This document shows positions 18,466-26,566 of a stretch of DNA of 64,000 bases, in pieces. The DNA is from an uncultured Fibrobacterota bacterium (GTDB taxonomy: Bacteria; Fibrobacterota; Chitinivibrionia; Chitinivibrionales; FEN-1185), in NCBI GenBank assembly GCA_963753345.1, contig CAVWBU010000021.1, positions 64,001 through 128,000 on the forward strand, written 5' to 3'. Each line of letters opens with the position of its first letter. Position 1 is the first letter of the stretch. The notes beneath the pieces are model-generated. The model was not told where the DNA came from, searched no databases, and was given only the letters and a program-made list of their open reading frames with translations. The translations under genes and the position numbers were made by a program.

Positions 18466-19221
18466 TTAGTTTCTATTTTTCACCAACCTGACCGGATACC
18501 CGCATGTCTTGAGCCAGTTGCGTTCGTACTTTATGAGATAATCAACGCAGAAGCCCAGTCCATAAACGGCTGCGATTGATTCTGTGACCTCGGTGGCGCT
18601 CCACCACGCAGCCCTGTGGCCAAGGGCCCAAAACATAGAAATAGAATGCCAGGTAATGGAATCCCGCGAGTCATAGCGGAAACCGGCGGCAAAGCCTGAA
18701 AAACCGCTTCTATTGTTGTCTTTCATATTATTTCCGGGCATGCCTTCGATGCCGAACGGTTTCCAACCGCTCCGGGCTGCCAGGGATTTTGCTATTCTGT
18801 TATCCCTTCTCTCGTTGTCCCAATTGTATCCATGTTTGATCAGGTAATTCTGCAATGTATCCCAATCATCATCCGTGGGGACATGCCATCCCGGCGGAGT
18901 AAATTTTTTCGAATCAACGCAGTACCAATTGTAAAGGGCCCCGAGTCTTTTGATAGTGTCGGCATTGTTCGTATTCCCATAGTAACAATAACCGGGCGTA
19001 GTAAGAGAATGCCACGCGACGCTATCGGGCACATGCGGAATGGGGGAGCCGTCGCTCCACTTTGTGGTCCGGAAATTCTCAACAGTCCAGATTTGTTTCC
19101 CGATTTTGACCGTATGGTATGTGTTTCCGTCTGCGTCGGTTACCGTATTCCGCGTACAAAACGAAAACAAGAGTAACAACATGCTGCCTGTCAACAGTAA
19201 TGGTTTCATAAAATCCTTCAA
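18466..19221 (-). CDS. FISUMP-domain (Fibrobacter succinogenes major paralogous) lipoprotein
   Basis: DADGNTYHTVKIGKQIWTVEN, GALYNWY, PPGWHVPT, SGFSGFAAG, WWSATE, GYPVRLVK. Confidence 0.9.
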   Translation of the reverse strand: MKDFMKPLLLTGSMLLLLFSFCTRNTVTDADGNTYHTVKIGKQIWTVENFRTTKWSDGSPIPHVPDSVAWHSLTTPGYCYYGNTNNADTIKRLGALYNWYCVDSKKFTPPGWHVPTDDDWDTLQNYLIKHGYNWDNERRDNRIAKSLAARSGWKPFGIEGMPGNNMKDNNRSGFSGFAAGFRYDSRDSITWHSISMFWALGHRAAWWSATEVTESIAAVYGLGFCVDYLIKYERNWLKTCGYPVRLVKNRN

Positions 19222-19497
19222 TCAGTTTAGAAATATTTTAGTCTGTGAGTGATTTGAAAATACAACCTGCCTTATGCTTCCTTAATCCAAAATCCAAATA
19301 CCATGCAGTTGTTTTGATGGGATCCCTTCCGATGCCTCAAATCGCGGACTCATCTTTGATATGTTTCTTATTAATATTGTAATCCGACAACCTGAAGAAA
19401 CCCCTATCATGGCAGTGTTTTCACTGCCTATCAGAGCCATAGGTGATTTGTCCGGTATCAAGACTTGCTCAAGATCGTAACTGGCTGTTTTATCATA

Positions 19498-19521
19498 CGT
19501 TATATAATTCTTTATATAACG
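19498..19521. promoter_or_regulatory. ModE operator (perfect palindrome)
   Basis: CGTTATATA-ATTCTT-TATATAACG, an exact match to the ModE consensus. Confidence 0.8.
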
Positions 19522-19658
19522 TAAATATTAAAATAACTAGCATTTTTTTCCTATTAGTTATATATTGTATTGGAATCAAAATACCGAAGGACGGGTTTCG
19601 GCTATTATCTTAGTTTATTTTTTATTTAAACCATTAAATAATTGAAGGAGGGGGTCCA

Positions 19659-21074
19659 ATGAAAAAGTCCCGTATTTTTAAGTGGACCGGCTATGGTGTG
19701 CTCGCGGTACTGTTGCTGGGCGTTGCGATGTTTCTTTTTCTTAACAGAACCTCTTCATCAAAAATAGTTCTGGCTGATGAGGTTAAAGAGCATAGTATTA
19801 TGCTCCACAATGCGAACGGCGATCATGCGTGCGACTGTTTCCAGCCATGGATCTCGAAGGTTACGATTTCGAACATAACCTGTAATTCTATTGATGTCTC
19901 GTGGGCAAGCGGCACCTATGAAAACACGGCGGGTCCTGCAACCTATCAGGTGACATATGGTACAACTTCGGCCAAGGCCAGTATCTACCCGACTACACTG
20001 CCCACTACTGCGTATACCCAGTATACTGTTACCGTGCCAAACCTGACTGCCGGCACCCTCTATCACCTCGGAGTAAAAGGCTGTTGTTTGAGCAACTGTG
20101 ACAGAGGCGGCGGTCCTACCTACTGCAAAACAAGGGAGCAGAGTTCCGGCACGACTGATTGGACAGCCACCACCTTGGCGTCGTGCTCGGGCCATACCAT
20201 ATCAGGCATTGTCGGCACAACCGCATCCGGAAAACGCTTGGCAAAAACGGCCACGGGAATTACCGGGGTCCTCGTTACGTTGTCGGGCGGCGCTTCAAAA
20301 ACGATGACCACGGCGGCCGACGGGTCATACTCGTTTGCTGGTCTGGCACTGGGTACCTATACCGTTACCCCGACTAAAACCGGCATGATATTCACTCCTC
20401 CGAGCAAAACCTTTACCGCTTTGAATGCGGACTCGACCGGCAAGAACTTTATGGGAGTGGCGACAGCCGTACTGAACCCGGTATCGGAAACTGCCGTCAT
20501 GTCGGAAGTTGAAGCGGCGAAAATCACGGCATCAGACGTGACCGTCACCTGGAAGACGAACATACCCGCAGCCTCTTTGGTCGAATACGGTTTGACCAAG
20601 GACTATGGAATGAAAAGCGGAGTGAACGCAGAGCTGGTCTATAATCATTACATTCAATTGTTCGAACTCCAGAAAGGTGCCACGTATCATGCCCGGGCTG
20701 TTTCCTATGCGGAAGGCAATCCAACGGCAGTCTCGTACTCGTCGGATTTTACCTTCACCGTACCGTCAACCGAAAACAGAATATCGGATAGAACGCGCAT
20801 TTTGACTGAGCCCAATCCGGCTGCCCGCTGGACCATGTTCACGTACTATCTCTACCAGCCGGTCAAGAGCGTGAACATAGAAGTCCTTACGCTTTCGGGG
20901 AAACTTGTGGCGACCCTGGAAAGCCCTTCGAGCTCTCTGGCTGGAGGCTGGAACAAAGTAAGGTGGGACAACATCAATCTTTCAAATGGTCTGTATGTGT
21001 ACAGGATGGTATTTAAAACCCCCACCAATCTTCAAGAGCAATACAGCTTCTCCAACTTGAGGATAGAAAAATAA
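19659..21074 (+). CDS. Secreted FN3 / carboxypeptidase-regulatory-like (SdrD-B type) protein with C-terminal sorting domain
   Basis: N-terminal TM/signal; FN3-like VSW...YQVTYGTT...NLTAGTLYH; TTAADGSYSFAGLALGTYTVTP; second FN3; EPNP...LSGKLVATL...NGLYVYRM. Confidence 0.75.
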   Translation: MKKSRIFKWTGYGVLAVLLLGVAMFLFLNRTSSSKIVLADEVKEHSIMLHNANGDHACDCFQPWISKVTISNITCNSIDVSWASGTYENTAGPATYQVTYGTTSAKASIYPTTLPTTAYTQYTVTVPNLTAGTLYHLGVKGCCLSNCDRGGGPTYCKTREQSSGTTDWTATTLASCSGHTISGIVGTTASGKRLAKTATGITGVLVTLSGGASKTMTTAADGSYSFAGLALGTYTVTPTKTGMIFTPPSKTFTALNADSTGKNFMGVATAVLNPVSETAVMSEVEAAKITASDVTVTWKTNIPAASLVEYGLTKDYGMKSGVNAELVYNHYIQLFELQKGATYHARAVSYAEGNPTAVSYSSDFTFTVPSTENRISDRTRILTEPNPAARWTMFTYYLYQPVKSVNIEVLTLSGKLVATLESPSSSLAGGWNKVRWDNINLSNGLYVYRMVFKTPTNLQEQYSFSNLRIEK

Positions 21075-21107
21075 CCCGTGTAGGTTGCACAACAATACGC
21101 GTGCAGT

Positions 21108-21142
21108 TCCCCCTCGACTTCCTGTCGAGGGGGATTTTTTTT
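21108..21142 (+). terminator. Rho-independent terminator
   Basis: TCCCCCTCGAC-TTCCT-GTCGAGGGGGA followed by T8. Confidence 0.85.
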
Positions 21143-21186
21143 ACCGAAGTCGAAGCATGAAACGTCTGCTTTGACAGGGGCGAATA

Positions 21187-21588
21187 TCAAGCGGGGGAAT
21201 TGATGCGCTGGCGGATAAAATCGCTGATGAGGTCCTCGGCGCTGTTGTCGATAGTGACAAACGAGAGGCCGAACGTGACCGTGGTCGCCTTTGACGATGT
21301 CGCGCCGCGCAGGAAATAGGCGATGGTGGCGGTCGCGGCGATGGCCTTTGGGGTACCGGGAAGCTGGCACGAGAATTCGATGAGTATGTACTGGTCCACC
21401 AGCGTCTCAACCTGCGCCTCCGGCATCGGCGCGGTGACCTTCACGCCGCCCATGCTTAGATCGGCTGTGGAGCCGTTAATCCAGTCTGTTAGCGGTTTCG
21501 AAGTCTTTTCCTCGATCAATCGGAACCGGGCCGGTGCAACAACCTCTATCCTGAAGAACTTCCTGCGCTCTGCATTCGTCATCGCCAT
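21187..21588 (-). CDS. PilZ-domain protein
   Basis: ERRKFFR and DLSMGG c-di-GMP-binding motifs. Confidence 0.88.
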   Translation of the reverse strand: MAMTNAERRKFFRIEVVAPARFRLIEEKTSKPLTDWINGSTADLSMGGVKVTAPMPEAQVETLVDQYILIEFSCQLPGTPKAIAATATIAYFLRGATSSKATTVTFGLSFVTIDNSAEDLISDFIRQRINSPA

Positions 21589-21690
21589 AGGTGGTGCCCT
21601 TCTAAAATTGAAAAGCTACTGTTTCTTTGATTATATGAAAATGGGCTCGTGAAGTCAAGCCGATACCATTTACCACTTCTTTACCGCGCT

Positions 21691-21810
21691 ATTGAAGAAC
21701 CCCGCCCCAAGTGGCGGGGATTCTTCCATAGCTAAGGAAATAGAATAACAAATATTCGCCCGCTAACCGCGCGCCAAGTCGCGGGGAATGCGCGGGCTGT
21801 GCTATTCAAA
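21691..21810 (-). mobile_element. ~120 bp MITE, diverged copy (copy 4)
   Basis: ATTGAAGAACCCCGC...GCGGGGATTCTTCC...ATTCGCCCGCTAACC...GGGGAATGCGC...TTCAA is colinear with the reverse complement of the other copies; its end supplies the last codons and stop of the 21802 gene. Confidence 0.75.
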
Positions 21811-22794
21811 CAGTTCCTTCATTACATCGCCTTTTGCATACGGGGTAGGAATGTTGAAGAGAGTTCCCACGGTTCGACAGATATCGATAAGGGTTCTTTC
21901 TTTATTGGAAACGAAATTCTTCTTGATCCCAGGCCCGATTGCCAGGAGAAAAAGTTCCGTGCACCCCCGGCACTTGTCCCCATAGCCGTGGTAATCGTCG
22001 GTGTGCCTTCCGTGGACGCTCATTACCAGAAAAACCGTCTTGTCCTTATAGACGTCCACTTTCTGAATCCGGTCCCAGAGATCCCAGGTAATCTGATCCA
22101 TAAGGATTATCGACTCGTAGTAGGCATTCAGGCCAGCGGCACCGCCGCATGCATCCTTCTGACCCTTCAATGGGCATTCGGCAGCAAGTTCCTTCTCCGG
22201 TGTGAGCGTGCCGCCCCCGCCATTAAGGCTGAGATACACGAAAGCAGGGTGTTTTTCCATGATATGGGGCAGCGCCTTCTCATAGATCGCGTTTTCGTTT
22301 TCATCCTCCTTCTTGCTGGACTCAAATACCGGCGCATACTTTGCCCCGAACTCGGCGTGATCACTGCAGGTTAGAATTTCGAATGTAGACTTGCATGAGG
22401 CGAAATAACAGGGATTGCCGGGTTCCTTCTTGGCGCTGTTCCAGTATTCAAACAGGGTCGGGAAGGCGGGACGAATGGTTTCGCTGAACGGATTTTTAAA
22501 AACATGCCACACGCCGGTAAGAAGGCTCATCTGCGCCGGAATGGGCAGGGTGAGTTCGCGATTCTCGAACTTGGTGCAGATTGTCCCCAGAGGCCGGAGT
22601 TTGTTCCAGATATTGTCGATGTACAGGTGGTTCTTGTCGCCGAACGCATCGGAGTAGCGCGCGCCGTTCATCACGATGATGAACAGATTTTTGGCCTGGG
22701 ATTTCGCCGGAATGGACTGGTCGCCGGCGTTCGACGGCATGGCCGTTACAAGGAACGTCGCAATGAAAGGGAATAGTATTTTGGAGGGGATCAT
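21802..22794 (-). CDS. Exported alkaline-phosphatase/sulfatase-superfamily protein (paralog 2)
   Basis: Signal peptide; KNLFIIVMNGARYSD, PTLFEY, YKDKT...SVHGRH, LAIGPGIK, IDICRTV. Confidence 0.65.
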   Translation of the reverse strand: MIPSKILFPFIATFLVTAMPSNAGDQSIPAKSQAKNLFIIVMNGARYSDAFGDKNHLYIDNIWNKLRPLGTICTKFENRELTLPIPAQMSLLTGVWHVFKNPFSETIRPAFPTLFEYWNSAKKEPGNPCYFASCKSTFEILTCSDHAEFGAKYAPVFESSKKEDENENAIYEKALPHIMEKHPAFVYLSLNGGGGTLTPEKELAAECPLKGQKDACGGAAGLNAYYESIILMDQITWDLWDRIQKVDVYKDKTVFLVMSVHGRHTDDYHGYGDKCRGCTELFLLAIGPGIKKNFVSNKERTLIDICRTVGTLFNIPTPYAKGDVMKELFE

Positions 22795-22796
22795 AT

Positions 22797-23729
22797 TTAT
22801 TTGTTCTTGGTGAATATGGCCACTTCGGTTATTCTGTTTCTTCCGTCCTTTACTTTCAAGAGAATATCCTTGGTGAGAATGGGCTTTTCCAGGTCGAAGG
22901 TGATATGGTCGTCATGCCCGCTGTTTTCCACCTTGCCGGCCCATTGCAGCCTGTCGAACTGGTCGGTATACCCTAGTTCGCAATTGAACATAACGTTCTT
23001 CTTTTTCAAGCTGTCCGCCACGGTATACACTGTTACCCTGTAGATATCCTGCAGTTTCGGCAAGGTAATTTCAGCCATGAGCAGGGCGACCGGTTTCGTC
23101 GTCACATCTCGCTCAAATATCTCGCCGAAATAGGTGGTGTTGTCAGCGGTGTCGGCTTCTGTTTTCCCGTCAATAATCTGTTTTATGCGCAGCTTGTCTG
23201 TCCTGTTGGTGGTATTGACCGTAATACAGTCTGCACTTCTCATATTGTCACAGCAGAGGCAATGTCCTCCGACCACGTATTCACCCCACCCGGTGGCGCG
23301 GATTTTTTTGTCCGTCAAAACGATATTCGTCAACCCCTTCATATCAACGCCGGGGTTCGTTGGAGGTGATTCTTTTTGAACGACGGTTTTGTTTTTTGAG
23401 AGCGAATCCCCTTGAGCCGGCATGCCTTCCTTTGCAGTCGAATCGCTCGCGGCCATGAGTTTTATTTTCGAAAGCGAATCCTCCTGGGCCGCGACCCCTG
23501 CACAGAAAAACCAAAGGAACACGGCAAACGAGGCCGCCGCGAGCAATGAGACGGGTGCCGCGGGCTTAAGCGTGCAACCAACCTCCGGCGATTGAATCCC
23601 ACAGCGAGCGCATTCCCCGAAGGTTGCTTCGGGGTTAGCGAGCGAATACAAATATTTCTTCTTCCATAGGGATGGAAGGATTCCCCGCAGCTTGCTGAGG
23701 GGACCTTCAATAAGTGAAAATGTTTTCAC
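22797..23729 (-). CDS. Exported hypothetical protein with in-frame MITE-derived N-terminal insert
   Basis: GTG start with AAGGA RBS immediately after the upstream stop; hydrophobic signal segment follows the insert; HCLCCD motif. Confidence 0.65.
   Translation of the reverse strand: MKTFSLIEGPLSKLRGILPSLWKKKYLYSLANPEATFGECARCGIQSPEVGCTLKPAAPVSLLAAASFAVFLWFFCAGVAAQEDSLSKIKLMAASDSTAKEGMPAQGDSLSKNKTVVQKESPPTNPGVDMKGLTNIVLTDKKIRATGWGEYVVGGHCLCCDNMRSADCITVNTTNRTDKLRIKQIIDGKTEADTADNTTYFGEIFERDVTTKPVALLMAEITLPKLQDIYRVTVYTVADSLKKKNVMFNCELGYTDQFDRLQWAGKVENSGHDDHITFDLEKPILTKDILLKVKDGRNRITEVAIFTKNK
23591..23711 (+). mobile_element. ~120 bp MITE, copy 2 (inside CDS, frame preserved)
   Basis: ATTGAA...TTCAAT, 121 nt span; translated as IEGPLSKLRGILPSLWKKKYLYSLANPEATFGECARCGIQ. 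Confidence 0.88.
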
Positions 23730-23731
23730 TA

Positions 23732-25195
23732 TTACAGTTCCTTTTTTTGAGATCCCCAGTCCTCCCAGGTCGCCCCATTATCCCTGCTTGTTTTTAAGAA
23801 TATCCTTGACCATTCGGTTTTGTCTTTCGGTACATCAAACCAGAATACATGCAATAATCCGGAAGCGGTCCTCGTTATGATGGGATTATTATGGCTTCCG
23901 ACATCCGAGGTAAGTTCCTTTTTTTCCTTGAGGACATTTCCTGCGGGATCGATCTCGCCGTAGGAGACAATCGACTCGCCTCCCAAAAAGCTTGCCCACG
24001 TAAAATGGAGATTGCCGTCTTTGTCAAACACCACCGACGGGCGTTTCGGGGACCTCTTCTCCAGAGGATAGAGGTTCCTCCCGGTGATGGGACATTTGTC
24101 CGTTGCGGGATCGAACCGGGCGTAAAAAATCTCGCCGAGCTGTATATTGCGCCTGTCAAGCCAGAAAAGGTAGGACAGGGAACCGTCCGAAAGCATTATG
24201 GGATTGTCAATTTCCTCTTTGGTTTCCTTGGCGACCTTGGTCTTCGATACAATCTGCTCGTCACCCCAGCTGCGGCCGTTGTCATTGCTCTTCCGAAGCA
24301 CAACGGAAGAAACCATATCCTCATTGCCCTTCCAGAGCCCGACCCCGTTCCACCCCAAACTCAGTCCCTTTTTATCCTCCTTGAAATCGGTCCACACCAC
24401 GACCAGTTCATTGCCGGTGCATGCAATGGCCGGCGGATAGCAATAGCATGAATGCTTGCCCACTTTTCCCAGAAGCATCTCTTTTTCCCAGGTTAAACCC
24501 CGGTCGCGGCTGGCCTTGAAATAAACCTTGTTTTCTACGTCCTGCCATATCAGATACACATTGTCTTCCTTGCAGGCAAGCAACGGATAACGCGCGCTGT
24601 TGGCATCGGTGATGAGGATGCGGTTCTTTTCCCATGTTGCTCCTCTGTCAAGACTTCGGGAGTAGTAGAGCTCCCCGTCCACCCTTTCGCCGTAATCCAC
24701 CCATGCCACGTGTACAATACCCGAATTCACTGCCATTGCAGGAGGATAACAATCCGCCTTTTCATTGCTTAACTTCCGGGCGCTTGTCCATTCTTTTCCC
24801 TCGTCGGCGCTCCGCCGGTAATAGATGCTTGCCGTCACTCCCTCCGTAACAACCCATGTCATGTGGATGTTATTTCCCTCCGAGACGACGGCGGGGTATC
24901 TGCAGTCTCCGGCCATGGAAATAAAGGCCGAGGCTGAGTCGGTTTTTTTCGCAGGTAGGGAGGCGGAGGCCGAATCGGCTCTTTTCATGGATGCCAAGGC
25001 TGAAGCGGAGTCTGCCGCCAGGCAGATGACGGCCAAGACCATGATCAGGAAACAGGTTTCAATCCCACAGCGAGCGGATTCCCCGAAGCTTGCTTCGGGG
25101 TTAGCGAGCGAATACAATTTATTCTTCTTCCCTAGGGATGGAAGGATTCCCCGCAGCTTGCTGCGGGGTCCTTCAATACAGGTCCGAAATCTCAT
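23732..25195 (-). CDS. Exported BNR/Asp-box (sialidase-like) beta-propeller protein with in-frame MITE insert
   Basis: SADEGKEW, SLDRGATW, SRDRGLTW, SNDNGRSW, SRDNGATW Asp-boxes; HSCYCYPP motif. Confidence 0.8.
   Translation of the reverse strand: MRFRTCIEGPRSKLRGILPSLGKKNKLYSLANPEASFGESARCGIETCFLIMVLAVICLAADSASALASMKRADSASASLPAKKTDSASAFISMAGDCRYPAVVSEGNNIHMTWVVTEGVTASIYYRRSADEGKEWTSARKLSNEKADCYPPAMAVNSGIVHVAWVDYGERVDGELYYSRSLDRGATWEKNRILITDANSARYPLLACKEDNVYLIWQDVENKVYFKASRDRGLTWEKEMLLGKVGKHSCYCYPPAIACTGNELVVVWTDFKEDKKGLSLGWNGVGLWKGNEDMVSSVVLRKSNDNGRSWGDEQIVSKTKVAKETKEEIDNPIMLSDGSLSYLFWLDRRNIQLGEIFYARFDPATDKCPITGRNLYPLEKRSPKRPSVVFDKDGNLHFTWASFLGGESIVSYGEIDPAGNVLKEKKELTSDVGSHNNPIITRTASGLLHVFWFDVPKDKTEWSRIFLKTSRDNGATWEDWGSQKKEL
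25057..25177 (+). mobile_element. ~120 bp MITE, copy 3 (inside CDS, frame preserved)
   Basis: 121 nt span; translated as IEGPRSKLRGILPSLGKKNKLYSLANPEASFGESARCGIE; ACAGGT direct repeat at 25052-25057 and 25178-25183. Confidence 0.88.
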
Positions 25196-26276
25196 TATTA
25201 ACCTCAGGCAATTTGCCGTTCTTATTAAGAAATCTTTCCAGCAACTCGTTCTCTCTCATGGTATACATACCATGCTCTTCGAATCGGAAGAAACGGGCCT
25301 TTTCCACGGATTTATATTTTTCGTGCAGGTCCTTGCGTATATTGTCGGCGCCTCGAATATAAATTATCTCCTGCTTTTCGTCGAACAGCTGGTAGACGCC
25401 ACTCACTTCGGGAACTTTTTTAATATTCTCTTCGGTTAATGCAAGGTCATCCTCCGGCGGCAGTATGACAGGCGCGAGCTTCAGTTCCGCTTTCTTTTTC
25501 CATGCCAGCCCTTTGTCCATCAGAGCGCCTGTAGGGCAAACTACAACGCAGGCGCCGCAGAACACGCACCCTGATTCCTTATGGGAAGGACCCAAAGTCC
25601 CCATAGCAAACTCGCCGTTATGAAAGGTGAAGCCAATGACCCGTTTTCCCTGCATCTTCTCGCACGCACGAACACAACGGGCGCATCCTATGCAGAGATT
25701 GCCGTTGTTGGAAAAAAAAGGTGTGTCCACGACAGGAACTTTCTTGAACACGTATTGCGAAACATCTTCTTTGATGGTAACATATTCACACACGCTCTGG
25801 AATTCACAATCATCGAATTTGGAACAGCATCGGCCTTGCATTTCTACGCCCATGGAGCACTCTTCCCGCTCACAGCCTTCCCTTTCTGCGCAAAGAAGAC
25901 ATGCATGAGGATGAAGAGAGAGTATTCGCTCCAGGTTATCTCTTCTTATTTCTTTTACCGCAGCGGTGTTTGAATAAATTACCATGCCATCTTCAACGAG
26001 CGTGGCGCAGGATGGAGAAGGACCTCTCCCCTTGATCTCGACGATGCAGATATTGCATCCATCATATGTTTGGTGATTTTCATTCCTGTCCGCGATGATT
26101 CCACCGTTCCGAAATACCCTGGCGTCGGCCTTTGTTCCCGGCCCTGGCGGTAAATCCGGATGATAACAAAGTCGGGGAATGTAGATCCCCGCTACATCTG
26201 CCGCCTCGATAATCGAAGCCCCCTCTTGGGTATGGACTTCATGATTATCAATTGATATGGTTATTTCTTTTCCCAC
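25173..26276 (-). CDS. NuoG-N-like 2Fe-2S/4Fe-4S protein with GIY-YIG-like C-terminal domain (BzdV-like, lacking flavin domain)
   Basis: YIPRLCYHP, GCNICIVE, HPHACLLC, CIGCARCVRAC, CVFCGACVVVCP; C-terminal VPEVSGVYQLFD...IIYI. Confidence 0.75.
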   Translation of the reverse strand: MGKEITISIDNHEVHTQEGASIIEAADVAGIYIPRLCYHPDLPPGPGTKADARVFRNGGIIADRNENHQTYDGCNICIVEIKGRGPSPSCATLVEDGMVIYSNTAAVKEIRRDNLERILSLHPHACLLCAEREGCEREECSMGVEMQGRCCSKFDDCEFQSVCEYVTIKEDVSQYVFKKVPVVDTPFFSNNGNLCIGCARCVRACEKMQGKRVIGFTFHNGEFAMGTLGPSHKESGCVFCGACVVVCPTGALMDKGLAWKKKAELKLAPVILPPEDDLALTEENIKKVPEVSGVYQLFDEKQEIIYIRGADNIRKDLHEKYKSVEKARFFRFEEHGMYTMRENELLERFLNKNGKLPEVNNEISDLY

Positions 26277-26545
26277 GTGGCGACAATAGCCCCTTTTTTA
26301 CAGGATTGCGCACAATGGATTTCTTTCTTCTGGTGACAGGAGGCGCAGGTATATTGGATTTTCTTCCGATGCTCCTCATGGACCACGGCCACCTGCTTAT
26401 CCTCTATATCAATCATCACCGTATCGATTTTCAGCGCATTTTGAGGACATTTCTCAATACAGATTTTACACGCATCGCATTTTTCGGCGTCGATGCTTAC
26501 ATAATACTTGCCCGAACCGTCTTGATATCCGTAATGAATAATCAT
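26261..26545 (-). CDS. 4Fe-4S ferredoxin (type I recall from bzd-type benzoyl-CoA reductase clusters)
   Basis: MIIHYGYQDGSGKYYVSIDAEKCDACKICIEKCP...YTCASC...CAQSC. Confidence 0.8.
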   Translation of the reverse strand: MIIHYGYQDGSGKYYVSIDAEKCDACKICIEKCPQNALKIDTVMIDIEDKQVAVVHEEHRKKIQYTCASCHQKKEIHCAQSCKKGAIVATWEKK

Positions 26546-26566
26546 ACGAACTACGCTTCCCTTTTG

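Noticed and set aside
19400-19445. Riboswitch in the FISUMP leader (GGCAGTG-TTTT-CACTGCC)
   Set aside because: Single hairpin with no recognisable aptamer consensus
25173-25450. GIY-YIG endonuclease or homing element fused to an Fe-S protein
   Set aside because: Motif is degenerate (YIRG) and, as I recall, this tail is a normal part of BzdV-like proteins
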